Shown here: in pieces, positions 12,629-25,715 of the stretch
Numbering within the stretch: position 1 is the stretch's first letter
Layout: each line of letters opens with the position of its first letter
Assembly: GCA_964187785.1 (NCBI GenBank)
Contig: OZ076409.1
Span: forward strand, 33,792,001-33,856,000
From: Amphiscolops sp. MND2022
Taxonomy: Eukaryota
DNA: 64,000 nucleotides
Direction: 5' to 3'
Made by a program: the position numbers and the translations under genes
Notes under the pieces: model-generated
Databases searched by the model: none
The model's input: the letters and a program-made list of their open reading frames with translations, nothing else
Told to the model about the DNA's origin: nothing

Positions 12629-13674
12629 TACAATGAATGAATCGGTAGAGGAACGTGATTGCAAAATACTAAAATATGATAAAAGAGGACTTTTTTGAAT
12701 CATATAATTTTTGGTATATCAAAATGGTTCCAATGGGATTCTTCTGTCTCCTTTAGTTCGTTAAAAACATTCAAAATACTTTTCGGAAGCATTTGCATCA
12801 CCGCAAAATAAATACACTATGAAAAAGCGAACAATTAAAAATAATTTTTTAAAAAAGCTCCCGAAAAGTTTTGAAGAGCATGAGAGTTACATTTTTATAA
12901 GCCATAAGCTAGAGAAGATAAAAAAAAGAAACCTCAAAAGCGTGCCAATTTAATCAATGCAGGTTTTAATAGTCAGATAAATTTTGGGTAAGGTTTTAAA
13001 CAATCTAGTTTATAAACATCAAAGTCGCAAAGCCCCATGTTTTTGTTATTTATGACGCATGTTTCAGACTGCTATAATCTTTTGTAATGAAATCTGAAAA
13101 TAAAAATGCATCTTACCGCTGTTCCGTTCTCTTATTCAACTTGTTATGTTGTCAACGTTTTTAAAAATGATTGAAGTTTGCCTCAATCGACAACAATGAG
13201 GCAGAAAATGCGGAAGCCGGTGCTTTTCTCATTATATCGATTAACGCAAGTACTTCCTCGAATGCTACCTCCTCGCAGATGCGACAATTCAACAAAACTG
13301 AAACTCCTGCAGGTGTTCAATTATGGTAACATGAAAGATGCAAGCAGCATGATGCTCATAAAATTAAATGAAACATTTAAAATTCATTAAATACCAATGA
13401 GGCAAAGAACAATTTCTTATACTCTCAGACGCTCTTATGTTTTCAATACTTGCCAGATATTAGTACAAAGATATGTGACCAATTGGCTGCGACTTTTGGA
13501 ACCCTGCGTTTTTCTCAGAGTTTTTTCTTCATTTTATTTTGAATATACCAGAGGGTGTGAACATCGCTAGAAATGAAAAACAAAACCAATAGCTTCAGCA
13601 ATCGTTTCAGTTTCCTAATCTAAAAACTGCGCACCAAAAGGTGTCCCTTTTAAAAACAAGTCGAGAGAAGGAAA

Positions 13675-13925
13675 GTATAGTGGTTAGAGCATTCAGATAT
13701 CAGGCTCGAGTCTCCTCAGCCTATCATTGTTGACCTTTAGCCAACCCTTTATCTAGCTTAGTTGGAATAGTCATGACAGACAAGCGTTTGGCGGAAAGAC
13801 ATTGAGACCTTTGAAACTACATTAGGCCGACCATTGCTTGCGCACTTGACTGCAAGTATCGTACCACACTTTGCTATGGGGAGACAGTTTCTGTGACAGG
13901 GCTCAAAAAGAAACAAGAAGAAACA
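13675..13925 (+). mobile_element. Possible degenerate tRNA-derived SINE
   Basis: gtatagtggttagagc (A-box-like), ggctcgagtctcc (B-box-like) and an A-rich tail. Confidence 0.35.
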
Positions 13926-14169
13926 TAAAAACTTTGATTAAAAAACTGACATATTGATTGATTCACAAACTTGATTGATGTAATTTGTACAGTTGTTGTT
14001 ATTGTTAGTATGTATTTTCTAAACAAATACCAGCAACATTATAGACCTCTTTATAATGGGTCGCATCACATTGCCATATGGTCTCATCAGTAATAGAGTA
14101 TTGTTTCGCTTTCCTTTTCAAACGACCCACATAATGCGCAGTGAACACATAATGAATGACACAATCAGC

Positions 14170-15727
14170 GATTGCAGAATTACCCATTTATTGGGCGGAC
14201 GCTTCCAAATCACCACAACTCGAGTAGAAGAAATGAATTGACCTTTTCGAGGTCGCGTTAATGGCGAAAAGCAACATATCAATCAAAGAATTGCCGAAAA
14301 CTACTGGAACAAAAGAAAAAAGCCTGATGGGTGACATGGAAGTTACAACCGCTACGAAAAAAGCAATCAGCGTATTGTACCTCGCACTTGGAATGGCAGC
14401 CCGAAAAACGATTGCAAACAAATTCCCCGCCACAAACATTGCCAGCATAACTTTAACTGATTTGCTGAAGAATTGTAAAGAAGGTTTTGAAAAGCCGAAA
14501 AACGAAACGCTTGGTAGATTCAAGCTTTTGAGTCGTAAAGAACAAGAAAGACAACCGCTACGTGAGTCTTGGAACGATTTGAACGGATTAGCCGCCAAAT
14601 GTAACTTTGGAGGAATTACGGAATGTCTCGTGAAAGATGAATATGTGAATATGGTAAACAAAGACGTCCAACAAAAAATATGTACGGAACCAAAGCAACA
14701 GTCCAAGAAAACATTGAGTTTGCGATTGAATATGAGGAGGGTACCATGAGACATTAGACTTTTGATAAACTGGAAAAGCTAAACGTAAAGACGGAGGCAA
14801 ACGAAATAAATGAAATCATCCAAAGTGGAGCAAAATGTTGGGGCCCCATTAGTAACGAATGCTTAAGATGCGAGACATATTTACACCCACAACATCTAAA
14901 AGAGTGTAAGGCGATGGGGATAACTTGCATGAAATTTGGAAAGAAGGGCCAATTCGCAAAATGCTGCCAGACCAAAGGAGCGGGGAATTTTGCAAAGAGT
15001 CAAAAAACCATGAGACAACCCGCAAATACAGAGAATTGACGAATGGGATGAGAGCAGGAACGATCCGATAACAGAAGATAATAGAATAATATTAACGATT
15101 GAAGGAAACGAGAATGGGCAGTTCACGATGTCAGGCAACGTAAACGGAAACACATTCAAATCAAAGGTTTATTCTGGCTCACCCGACACGATCTTTGAAA
15201 TAGAAGAAATCCAAAGGATAATGAAAAAACCCTCTTCATCCCCGAATTGCCAAAAGACGAAGAATACGTCGACTTCAACAGATGAAAATTAAATTTACTG
15301 GGATATGTGTTTTGTCAACTGGAAGTGGGAAAGAGCAAGCTGCAAAAAGTCAGAATACTGATTGCAGAAAAAGGCGCCAAACCATTGATCGGAAGGGGTT
15401 GGCTGAATGTGTTCAACTATCAATTTGTCTCGCCTAATCAAAAAGCAGGTAGCAACGCTACCTATAAAGTAACTACAAAAAACTCACTACAAATGAAAGT
15501 CAATAAACTAATTGAAGCTGGTAAACAAACTGAAGTAACTAATCACAATAACAAGAATGAACAAATAAAATTAAAGAACCAGTTTGAAGAATTATTTGAG
15601 CGTCAAAGAAAACTAATTGGACATAATGTAAAAGTTGAATTCAAACGAAACGAGATGGTAACACAACAGAAAGGTAAAAAGAGTACCTATACAACTATAA
15701 GAAGCTGTAGAAGAAGAAATCAATAGA
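14170..15727 (+). mobile_element. Degenerate Gypsy gag-protease fragment related to 19590-24667
   Basis: LYLALGMAARKTIANKFP, SRKEQ..ESWNDLNGLAAKCNF, zinc-knuckle remnants and ILIAEKGAKPLIGRGWL, with frameshifts. Ends at a family C element. Confidence 0.85.
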
Positions 15728-15728
15728 A

Positions 15729-16217
15729 ACAAGACGGGAACGTCTCAAATCGGCGCTATATCTAAGGCTCAAAAAGCGCGAAACATTTTTTTTTGGAAAA
15801 AAACTTGAAATTTTCGAAAAAAATAATTTCTTTCGGAAAATGTCGCACAGTGCCGAAAAATGTAAAAGGGGGGTTTTATGATAACCCTTTTTGATTTATA
15901 AACACGCATTCTGTAGCAAAATAACAAAAAACTCAAAGGGGGGACCCTTTGGGGACATTAAAAAAATGTCGAAAAAAAGTCTCACAGTGCCGAAAAAAAA
16001 TCGAAAGGGGGGGGGGACTTTAGTCCCGTCCGGGCTTGTAGGTAACGTTTAAAAAGTAAATGAATGCGCTCCCCGTTTGCCTTTAGCGGTCCAGTAGTTT
16101 AGTACTGTATTTAGTAGTTGAACGTTGATTTTAACATTCGTCGCTTCGAGTCTGTCTTAAATAAAAAAAACGAGTGACTGTAATAGTCGGGCTCTTTTCT
16201 TAAGAAAAGCGCCGACT
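15729..16217 (-). mobile_element. Helentron-associated element, family C
   Basis: Reverse complement of family C termini (acaagacgggaacgtct ... gcgccgactaaaa). Confidence 0.7.
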
Positions 16218-17317
16218 AAAAAAAGGCAAAGACTTAGCAAAGCGTAACTACTAGTCGTCCAAACGTGGGATTGGAAATGGAACATCTCCTCAACCTTGAA
16301 CTCTTTTACACAAATGGTCTTCAATTTTTTGATGTTTTTGATGGGAATATGAATCCACTGAGTTCTGAAGTGGAAACTTTGATTCAAAATCAAATCTTAC
16401 AGAGAGCAAAGAGTGTCAACTTTTTCATATCTTGGATGTTTATCACTGTTTTAAAATAAATCAGGATGAAATGATTCCTCTTTTTCAAAATCCTTCCAAA
16501 AAATTTAGTCCAGTCGTTCCTGCGCAGACTAATTTTACAACAGTCGTTGACGCGGTCATGCTTCCTCGAGGCTTTTTAAAAAAGCGCAAGATTCTTACAG
16601 TGGCAAACTTTTTTCAGTCACCATAGAACGTCCACTTTTATAAATTTTGTGAATTACACACAACAGCGCCAATTGTTATAACTATAGTAACTACTTAGCT
16701 AACTTGTTTTGCTCGACGGTTTACGTGGATTTCCAGGTCTGGTGACGAGGATTGAGGACACGGAGTACGTGGGTTCGAGCAACGCACTAAACCAATTTTG
16801 ATGATTTGGGTTTTTTGGCACATTTTTTTTCTGATTTTCATTACTGAAGCCTCCAATTTGTTGCAGACACAAAGCGTTTTGCGAGCATAGAAGATCACAT
16901 ACCAATTTCGGCATTATGAGACCTCTTGAAAAATCATTGAGAACTCTTTTTGTCGTCCTTTAGGCTCTTGATTATGCATTTTGGGTTTTTTTTTAAAAAA
17001 ATGTCAGCTTTCACTTTTTAGGAAAATGCTGAAGAATATATTGTCTCGTCTAGTGGTGAGATTTATCATACACACGTGAAAGATCACAAAAGGTAAGAAA
17101 AATCACTTGTTTGAAGTTGTAGAAAAACAGGCTTTTATGGTCTTTTTGGGGTCCTTCTGAGAATTTTAAATACTCTCTGAACCAGTACTGAGTAGTTGTT
17201 TTGTTGGTCGCTCACTTCGCAGGATATTTCAACTACGCAAATCCTTGAAGCTTCTACAAAAATTGACTTGCAATTGTCGAAAATGTAAAATTTCGGGGTT
17301 GTTTTTTTGAGATTTTT

Positions 17318-17500
17318 AGTCGACGCCTTTTCTCTTAAGGAAGAAAGCCCGGCTATTACAGTGAGTAGTTTCTTTTCAGTTGACAATCTCACTCTGAGTG
17401 GTCCACTTTTTAGAATTTGTTCATTTGTTGAACTTCGACCAATTTTCTGAACCCGCGGAGCGGGTTCGATTCTCGCACTAAACCATAAATTTTTTTATGC
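17318..17500 (+). mobile_element. Family C 5' fragment
   Basis: tttttagtcgacgc...gcccggctattacagtg 5' hairpin; contains a B-box-like gggttcgattctc. Confidence 0.5.
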
Positions 17501-18382
17501 TTCCAAAAGTACAAGTGAGACCAAAGGTGAAACTGTCCAGAATTTTGAAAAATTCAGTTTGAATAATTATCCATAATTCTTGGGGATTTTGAATGTTTTG
17601 ATACTTGTATTTTCAAATAGTCTCACAAATTGTCGATGATATTAAGGTCCATGGACATAGCTGGCCACTCTGGGAGTAGAGCAATTCCCTATTCTTCAAA
17701 AAAGGATCTCCTTAGATGTAAGGTTCGGACACATTACTGAGAGGCGTCCAAGAATACTTTTTCGATTTTTCGGTAGTTATCGGTGCTCTGCTTGGCACTC
17801 TTTTGCGTTCAATCGTGCCGTCTTTTCAGTACACAACAATAATACGATGCACAGGAAATTTTGAGACTAAATGGTCTTTCGAAATTTTCGATTAAGAAAA
17901 GTTTTGAAGGAATTTTTGAATGCCCTGTTTTCTCGTTTCATCACTGGTTTTCCTCGGACCCATAACTTCAATGCTTTCAGAATAAGTGAATTCAAAGACT
18001 GAGTGTTTGAAATGCAATGAACATGGCTAATGAAATAATTGTCAACGTTTTTTGGCGGGTGTTTGATTAGCGCGCAAATCGAGCGTTCACTTTTTACATG
18101 TACAAACTACATGTTTGTTCGGTTGCTTCAAACAAGAGTGTAACTGTCAAAACGGCTGCTGAACCAAAGTCCGAAATGATTCGAAATTTGAAAAAAAACA
18201 GAAGCTTCATTCCGTTTTGGTGAAAAAACGGTACGTTTCTTTTCTAAAAAGACAGTATGTGTTAACTTTGCAATTTCTGTAGTTTTTAGCTCCCAAACAC
18301 TTTCATTAAACTGAATAGTGAATATCACAGAAGTGTCGAAATTTGGTATTTTTGTGTTTTCGGATGACTCCTTTGCCTTTTT

Positions 18383-18714
18383 AGTCTGCGCTTATATTAA
18401 TGAAAGAGCCCAACTGTTATAGTCACTTGTTTTCTTTTCTTTTTTTTAAGACAGACTCGAAGCGACGAACGTTAACGTTCAACTAAAGGAAACTAAATGC
18501 CAGGGAAACGCAAGTTATTCCAAAGGGTCTTCCTTTGGTTTTTTACTTTTTAAACGTAACCTAAAAAACCGGACGCGACTAAAGGGTCGCCCTTTCGATT
18601 TTTTTTTCGGCACTGTGCGACTTTTCTCCGAAATTGTTTTTGTCGTCGAAGGGTCCCCCTTCGATTTTATTTGAGCCTTAGATATAGCGCCGACTTGAGA
18701 CGTTCCCGTCTTGT
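18383..18714 (+). mobile_element. Helentron-associated element, family C (short)
   Basis: ttagtctgcgc 5' end; gcgccgacttgagacgttcccgtcttgtt 3' end. Confidence 0.7.
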
Positions 18715-19776
18715 TATATCTTTTCAGTGCCTTTTTCAAATCCAAAAATCGAAAGTGCTTGTCGTAAAAGACTATTTGCTTTTTTAAAAGTTGTCGGTGT
18801 TTGCATATCTCGATACAGTCGAAGTTACTTAAAAAATGGCCCAAAGTCGTAAAAAAAGTCTTCCTAATTTTTTGGGACAATTTTGAGACTTTTTGATATT
18901 GGGTCGTGGGGGACGGCGTTGGATATGTAAGTCTTTCGAAACGTCTGAAATCTATTAGAACGAGTTTTTTAATGCAAAAAAGTGCTTAATTGTAGGAATT
19001 CGGATTTTACCGTTAAATTCCAGCAATTGTGATCATTTTCAACCACATTTTTCAACTAAGATTTCCGTATTGCTCTCCAAAACTCATGGTGGCAAGCTGG
19101 TTCTTTCTCGGGGAACTGTTTAAATTTTTCACGAAAAAGTTTGGAAACTGTACCAACAACGTCTAGTAGTCTCCAATTGTGCAATATTTTTTGGAAACTG
19201 TTTCGCACGAAGCTCTGTTTATGTCAATTAAAATTTTTGGATTTGACATTGAAATATGGCTACTTTCTGGAGGAAAAGGGATCTAAATGCCCGAAGTAAC
19301 TTAGCTACGACATGCTTTTAAAGCTCAATCATGAGAACTTCTAAACTTTTCTTGCTCGAGAAACATTGAAAGAGTTTTTATCCCAATAAAGTATGTTCAG
19401 TTCGAAAACTTGTTAACGATCTCCATGAAAGGTCATGCTACCCAAACATGTAAAGTTTATCAAAAAAGAGCCTGAACCGTTGGAAATGGATATTTGTCAG
19501 TTTTTGATTGAGCATTTCAAGTATTTTGGAATTTATTGTCAACTTTTTCATTTTGCGGAACTGATAAGGAGTCAGTCAACTACTGTAACTGTGGTAGATC
19601 TGTAAATTAACATGAGATAAAATAGTAACATCATTATGCAATATTTACAGAAGTACCTGCCAACGCAGGAGCATGCGAAAAAGATTAATAGTTCATTCAC
19701 GCCACAACTTGTGATACTGTCAATTCACTAGATTTGCCATCATACATTGTTTTGCCAAGTTGAAGATATCGTTAAC

Positions 19777-20997
19777 ATGGCGCTGCGAGTCAATGATACT
19801 GACGACGCACCTTCCTCTCCTTTTCCGAGTGTGTCATATTTCTGGCAGGAAGCCAAAAAGAAACCTACAACAGAATGGGCCAATTGGGCACAATTGTTCA
19901 AAATGGCGGTTATAGCCAGACATTCAATTTCAATCTCGGAGGTATTAATGAACCCAACCAAGCAAGATTCATCAATTCCTGCGTTACTTGGAAACCTTAC
20001 GGTTCCTACTGCTGCAAAGAAAGTGGTTAGTTTATTTTATCTGTCAATTGGAAAAACTGGCAGAAAAATGCTAACTGACAAATTTCCCCATACAAACCTT
20101 TTCGTAATCGACCTCGCCGTAATACTGGAAAGATGTGCAGAATCCTCCGAAGTAAAAAGAAATCGTACCTTGGATAGACACGCGTTCTTCTCAAGAAAAC
20201 AGCAATCAGCAGAATCACTTCATCAGTTCTGCAATAATTTGAATGGCCTTGCTGCAAAATGCGACTTTAGGGAGCAAACGCAGAGCTTGGTGTACGACAT
20301 GTCTGTGCTGATTATGTCTAAGAAGCAGGCCCAAGAAAGGCTTTGTACTGAGCCAAAAGAAGACCCAACGGCGGCGCTCCAATTTGCCATTGCATTTGAA
20401 AAAGGAATTAGAAGACAGAAAATGATAGGTCAACCGTGTACGTCCACAAAAGTTAAAGAAGAACCGGTATTCATGGTTGCTGGGCACAAGGACAAAAAGG
20501 AGTGCTGGAGATGTGGAGCAGGAGAATTCACGGCGGCGCACCTGAAAGTCTGTAAAGCACCTGAAACAAATTGCAACTACTGTGGTATCAAAGGACACTT
20601 CGAGAAATGCTGCAATTCCAAACAGAAGGACAGGTTGAAAAATATTTCCATGCCAAAGAATTTTGACAGAAAATTCCAAAATGCAAAAAGAGTCCAGAGA
20701 GTGGACTATTTCGAAGAAGATCAAGATTCAGATAGTGACGAAATGGTGCTAAATGTTGAATCGGAAGGCACCTACAACTCTGAGCCCTACTATATGGAAG
20801 GGTGGATAAATGGCTTTCGGTTTAAAACAATGATAGACACTGGCTCACCTGTTACTATCTTTGCGATTGATGAAATTAAAAGAATTATGCACAGAGCAGA
20901 TCTTCAAGTAAGGCCAATGGTTGAAGAAGAGAAGTATGTAGACTTCAACGGAAAACCATTAAACCTCCTGGGCTACGTGTCAGCTACAAGTCGGTGA
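19777..20997 (+). pseudogene. gag: Gypsy gag plus aspartic protease
   Basis: Two zinc knuckles (CWRC..H..C, CNYC..GH..C) and protease IDTGS; frameshift at the 3' end. Confidence 0.9.
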
Positions 20998-21004
20998 GAA
21001 ATTC

Positions 21005-24000
21005 ATGAAGAAAGCAAGAATTCTAGTGGCAAAGGAAAAAATGAAGTCTATAGTGGGCAGAGAGTGGTTGTCGACTTTGAAGTTCTACAGGATACAAAAT
21101 TCAGTGGGTGAGTCGGTCATTAATGTAATTGAAAAGGAGGGAGAAAAACTAAGTCAGGAAACAAAGGCTTTGGTAAATGAATTTCCGAATCTATTTTCAA
21201 GAAATGGAAAAATTAAAGACCACAAAATAAAAATATAAATGAAAGAAAATGCTTCTATCTCTCAACAAAAAGGGAGAAGAATAACAATCCAAATGCAAAA
21301 AGCAGTGGATTCGGAAATTAAACGATTGTTGAAAGAAGGCCATATTGAAAGGGTAGACGAAATTAAGGACGACGTTATCGATCAGCCAACGGTCATAACG
21401 GTAAAGAAAGACCAATCAGTAAAAATAGCATTAGACGACAGAGCATTGAATAAAGCCATTGACAAAAATAAATACCAAATGCCCGATCTGGGAAATTTAA
21501 TAGAGATGATTGCGGAAAGACTAGATATTTCAAATAGGGATGTTTGGTACTCGTCAGTAGATTTAACGTACGCATATGGTCAACTTCCACTACATGCACA
21601 AACGGCAGAACATTGCAATTTTCAAGTTATTGGCGATGAATCAACGGGCCTATATCCATTTGTAACAAGTTTTATTGGTCTGACGGCTATGCCGACAGAA
21701 TTTCAAAAGGTTATGAATAACCTCTTAGTTAGATTTAGAGAAGTGTTTGTTTTTATTGATGATATATTAATTGTAACAAAGGAAACAAAGAACGACTATC
21801 AATTTTAAAGGAATTAAAGTCGTATCTGGGTGACGTTAACCAACTAAACAAATTTATTCCGGATTTGGCAACGGAATGCTTTCCGTTCAGAAATAACTTA
21901 AAGAAAGATGTGGAATGCAAGTGGTCGTCAGACCATGAGAGAGCACTTGAACGAAATAATAATTTAGTGAAAAAAAAGTAGAATTGACTCATTTTAAAAG
22001 AAACTGTACATTGCGAATCACCTGTGATGCAAGTAAACAACGATTAGGAGCGGTATTACAGCAAAATGAAGAAAATAGTTGGAGACCAATTGCGTACGCA
22101 TCCAAATTTTTAACCGATTTTGAACCGAAATACTCAATCGATGAATTAGAACTTCTAGCGTTAGTTTGGTCTGTCGAACATTTCAAGAATTATGTGTACG
22201 GAAGCGAATTTGAAATAGTATCCGACCACAAAGCGTTAAAAAGTGTATTGAAAGCCAACAAATTTAACAAAACATTTCCTAGCCGAATAACGAGATGGGT
22301 AGATAGATTACTCCCATTTGATTTTACTGTTGTACATACAACCGGTAGAACGCTAGGAATGGCGGATTACTTATCACGTCACCCATCCCCCTACAGTGGC
22401 GCGGTAATCAAATCTGAACAAATGTTCAATGATTGGTTTACAATCAACGTTGTAAATGAATTTGCAAATGACTTGGAGGAAGCCATTATGGCAAAAGGCA
22501 AGAAAACGACAACTTTCTGTAGTGAACCAAATAGCCAATCAGAAGCGAGAACGAAAGTATTTACAGTATCAAAGCGAAACGGCAGTGCGTTTCTAACTGC
22601 CAAAACAAACGAGAGTGGTAAAACAAACAATTACACTCAAAACAAACTAATGGCTGCTAATTCTAGAATCAGCAAAGTTTACGTCCAGGCCAATTTTGAA
22701 AAGGACAAACAATTACAAAATTTATACGATTAATTCAAAATCGGGATTCTTCCCAATTTGCTCGTCTTCCGTCCCCCTGGAGGGAAAAAATTAATTCGCT
22801 GAGCTTAGATTCCAACAAACTTCTTTACTTAGACGAAAGGCTAGTGATCCCGAAAGACATGAGGGAGAATATGCTTACTGCAATCCATTTTGACCATGCG
22901 GGCAGAAATGCCACGTTAAGAGAGGCAGCAGTCGTGTGGTGGCCTAAAATCTACCGAGAAATAGTGTCAAAAGCCAATATTTGCCTAGAATGCATGAAAG
23001 CAGGTAAGAACCTATAGTGTCTTAAAAGCCAAAAAGAGTTCGGAACGACACCTAAGGCGGAAAAGCCAAACGAGGAAATTGAATTAAACATCGCAGGTCC
23101 CTTTCAAAACGCGCCAAAAGAAAAGGAATACATGTTAGTTTCAGTAGACAATAACTCAGGATGGCCTGAGGCGCTACTTTTAACAAACCCTACTACAGAG
23201 CGAGTTTTAGAATTTTTAGCGGAATATATAGCACAACACGGAATCCCACAACGTATACGAACCGACCCGGGCACAGCGTTTAAAAGCGAAAAAATTATTC
23301 AATTTTGTAGAGACAACTTCATAAAGCATATAGTTTGCCCAATGAAGGACCATTGGGGAAATGGCAAGGTTGAAAGGATGATTGGAACTTTTAATGAAAG
23401 ACTTCGAGTAGATAACAGGGTGGTGCTAGAAAGAAAAAACAAAAAACTTGTCAAGAACCCGTTTCGCGCTAAAAACAGAGATTGGAAAAAGGGGAAGTCG
23501 GCATTTGAGCGCCATAAGAAACAAAAATCGAATACCCCAAAAACTGCAACGGTAAACGATTTCATTTCAGAAAGAGACCCAAAGCTCCAAATCAACGAAG
23601 AAGACTTTAGCCCTGATGTGGACTCAACAGTGTTGATCCGAGAAAGAACTCGTGGGTCAAAACTAGACGGAACATTCACAAAACGAAAAGCCAAAATAGT
23701 AGCCGAATCAAAGCACACCATTACTATTTTGCCAAACAAAGGGAAGATGGTCACGCTATACAAAAGGGATGTGGCGCTTAAAAGACTAAAAGCAGAAAAA
23801 GAGCCCGTCCGGGAAAGAAACTCGAGCGAAGAAGAATTGCCACATTGCAGCAAAAAGCCAGTCGAACCCAAACCAGTCAGAAAGAAAATAACTGCTCGTG
23901 TAGCCTCAACGTCCACGGAAGAAGAAATAAACAAAAGTGGGGGAGAAGCCATCCACGAGAAAGAAGAAAAGATCCAAGAGCCAATATCAGACCAAACTCT

Positions 24001-24310
24001 GGAAACAGAAGAAACAACAGGAAACCCAGAACAAACTATCGAAGGTACAGAAGCCGAAGAAGGCGATGTGACTGAAACAACACCATCTGAATATGAAACG
24101 ATTGGATATGGTCAATCGGAAGAAGAAGGAGAGGTGAATGAAAAGTGGCCAATCCGAGGAGAAGCAAGTTTCGAAACCTCAAAGAAGAAAACGCGATCGG
24201 GTCGGCTGATCAAAAGACCAGAATGGCTGGGACAAAACGTAATGATCAGTGCCGTAGACAAAGAAAAGCCTGAAGAAGAAGCTAAAACCGAAAAGACAAC
24301 CACCCTGTGA
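21005..24310 (+). pseudogene. pol: Gypsy pol (RT, RNase H, integrase), broken by stops, frameshifts and an RT deletion
   Basis: VDLTYAYGQL, FIDDIL, CDASK, ELELLALVW, SDHKAL, H..H..C..C, RTDPG and GKVERMI. About 60 codons after the YxDD-type motif are missing relative to the element at 48-52 kb. Confidence 0.9.
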
Positions 24311-25092
24311 AAAACTCAATAAAACTATTGTTCCATTACTTAACATTAGCTAATTGGTGAGCTAATTAGTATTTTAGTTTGTGTTGTTAATTTCACTAAA
24401 CCTTGATGTAAATTGAGTGACAGTGACATTGCATAAACCCACACAAGTTGATCCCTAGTTATTTAATAAAAAAGGGAAATGTGGTAGATCTGTAAATTAA
24501 GATGAGATAAAATAGTAACATCATTATGCAATATTTACAGAAGTACCTGCCAACGTAGGAGCGTGAGAAAATGATTAATAGTTCATTCATGCCACAACGT
24601 GTGACACTGTCAATTCACTAGATTTGCCATCATACATTGTTTTGCCAAGTTGAAGATATCGTTAACAGTAACGTTGTATGCTGTGATTATTCATACACGC
24701 TTAAATTTTCGAAAACCGTGCGGATGTTGATTCACACGATTGAAACTGAAAAAAAACTGGGATTCGTGGGCATTTTGGTGCCTTTTTTGAACAAAATTGT
24801 TAGATTTCTCTTCTGAAAATGTACGAGAGAGTTGTTCTTTCCTCGTTCGTTTCGCTTGATGGTGTATTTTTTTGAAAAGCCTAAGACTTGTCGTGAATAG
24901 CTGCTTAATGGGGAAAGAGGTTCTGGAATTTTTTGCGTTCTGGGGTCTTTAGAAAAACATTTGTCCAGAGAGCAAGCTAGATAGATAGTTATTTCATTTC
25001 TGAACCCTGTATGTAATAATACCCATCAAAGCTTGCAGAAGTAAGAAAATTAGTGTATTGAAGTGTCGAATAAAGCCAGAAAAAGCATTTTT

Positions 25093-25698
25093 AGTCGGCG
25101 CTTCATGAAGTGAACGCGACTATCATAGTGACTCTTTTTAAAAAATTTTTTCAATCCACACAAACTGACCAAAGTAGTTCTTAAAAGTTCTACAAAATTT
25201 TATGGTCCCAAATTGAATTATTTGGCCTAGCGAACTGAACCACAAAGGTTTTTCTTCTTTTTCCGCGTAACATACAATGCCGAGAGAGACTAAAGGGTCC
25301 CCTCTTTGAGTTTTTTTCGGCATTGTGAGACTTTTTTATCCAATTTTTTTTCTGCCAAAGGGTACCCCTTCAATATTTTTGATGTTTTGCGACAGCATAG
25401 ATCTTGAGAAAACGCAAAGGGTCCCCCCTTTCAGATTTATTTGGCATGAGAGAAAAACGTGATAATTTTTCCGAAACTTTTTTAACCCAAAGGGTCCCCC
25501 CTTCAATTTTTTTGATAATTGACAACAATGGATGTTAAAAAATTGCTTTTCCCCGGCGTGCCAATTCGGCCCAACGTTCGTACTGTAAAAGAATACTTGA
25601 CACTTTCAGGTACTGCAAAGGAATACTTGACACTTTGACGTCCTTTTGCTATTTTTGAGCGTTAGATATGGCGCCGACTTATGCTGATCCTGGTTTGT
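25093..25698 (+). mobile_element. Helentron-associated element, family C
   Basis: ttttagtcggcgc ... ggcgccgactt termini and aaagggtccccc motifs. Confidence 0.7.
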
Positions 25699-25715
25699 TG
25701 TGATTATGCAGGCTC

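Larger units (their letters stand above)
19590..24667 (+). mobile_element. Full-length degenerate Ty3/Gypsy LTR retrotransposon (Mag-like)
   Basis: 188-bp TG..CA LTRs (19590-19777, 24480-24667; 8 mismatches counted by eye), perfect GTAAC TSD, PBS tggcgctgcgag, PPT aaaaaagggaaa, domain order gag-PR-RT-RH-IN. Confidence 0.97.

Noticed and set aside
23299..23952. Long antisense ORFs over Gypsy gag/pol (also 14188-14754, 20215-20724)
   Set aside because: Shadow frames of A-rich coding sequence with no independent evidence.
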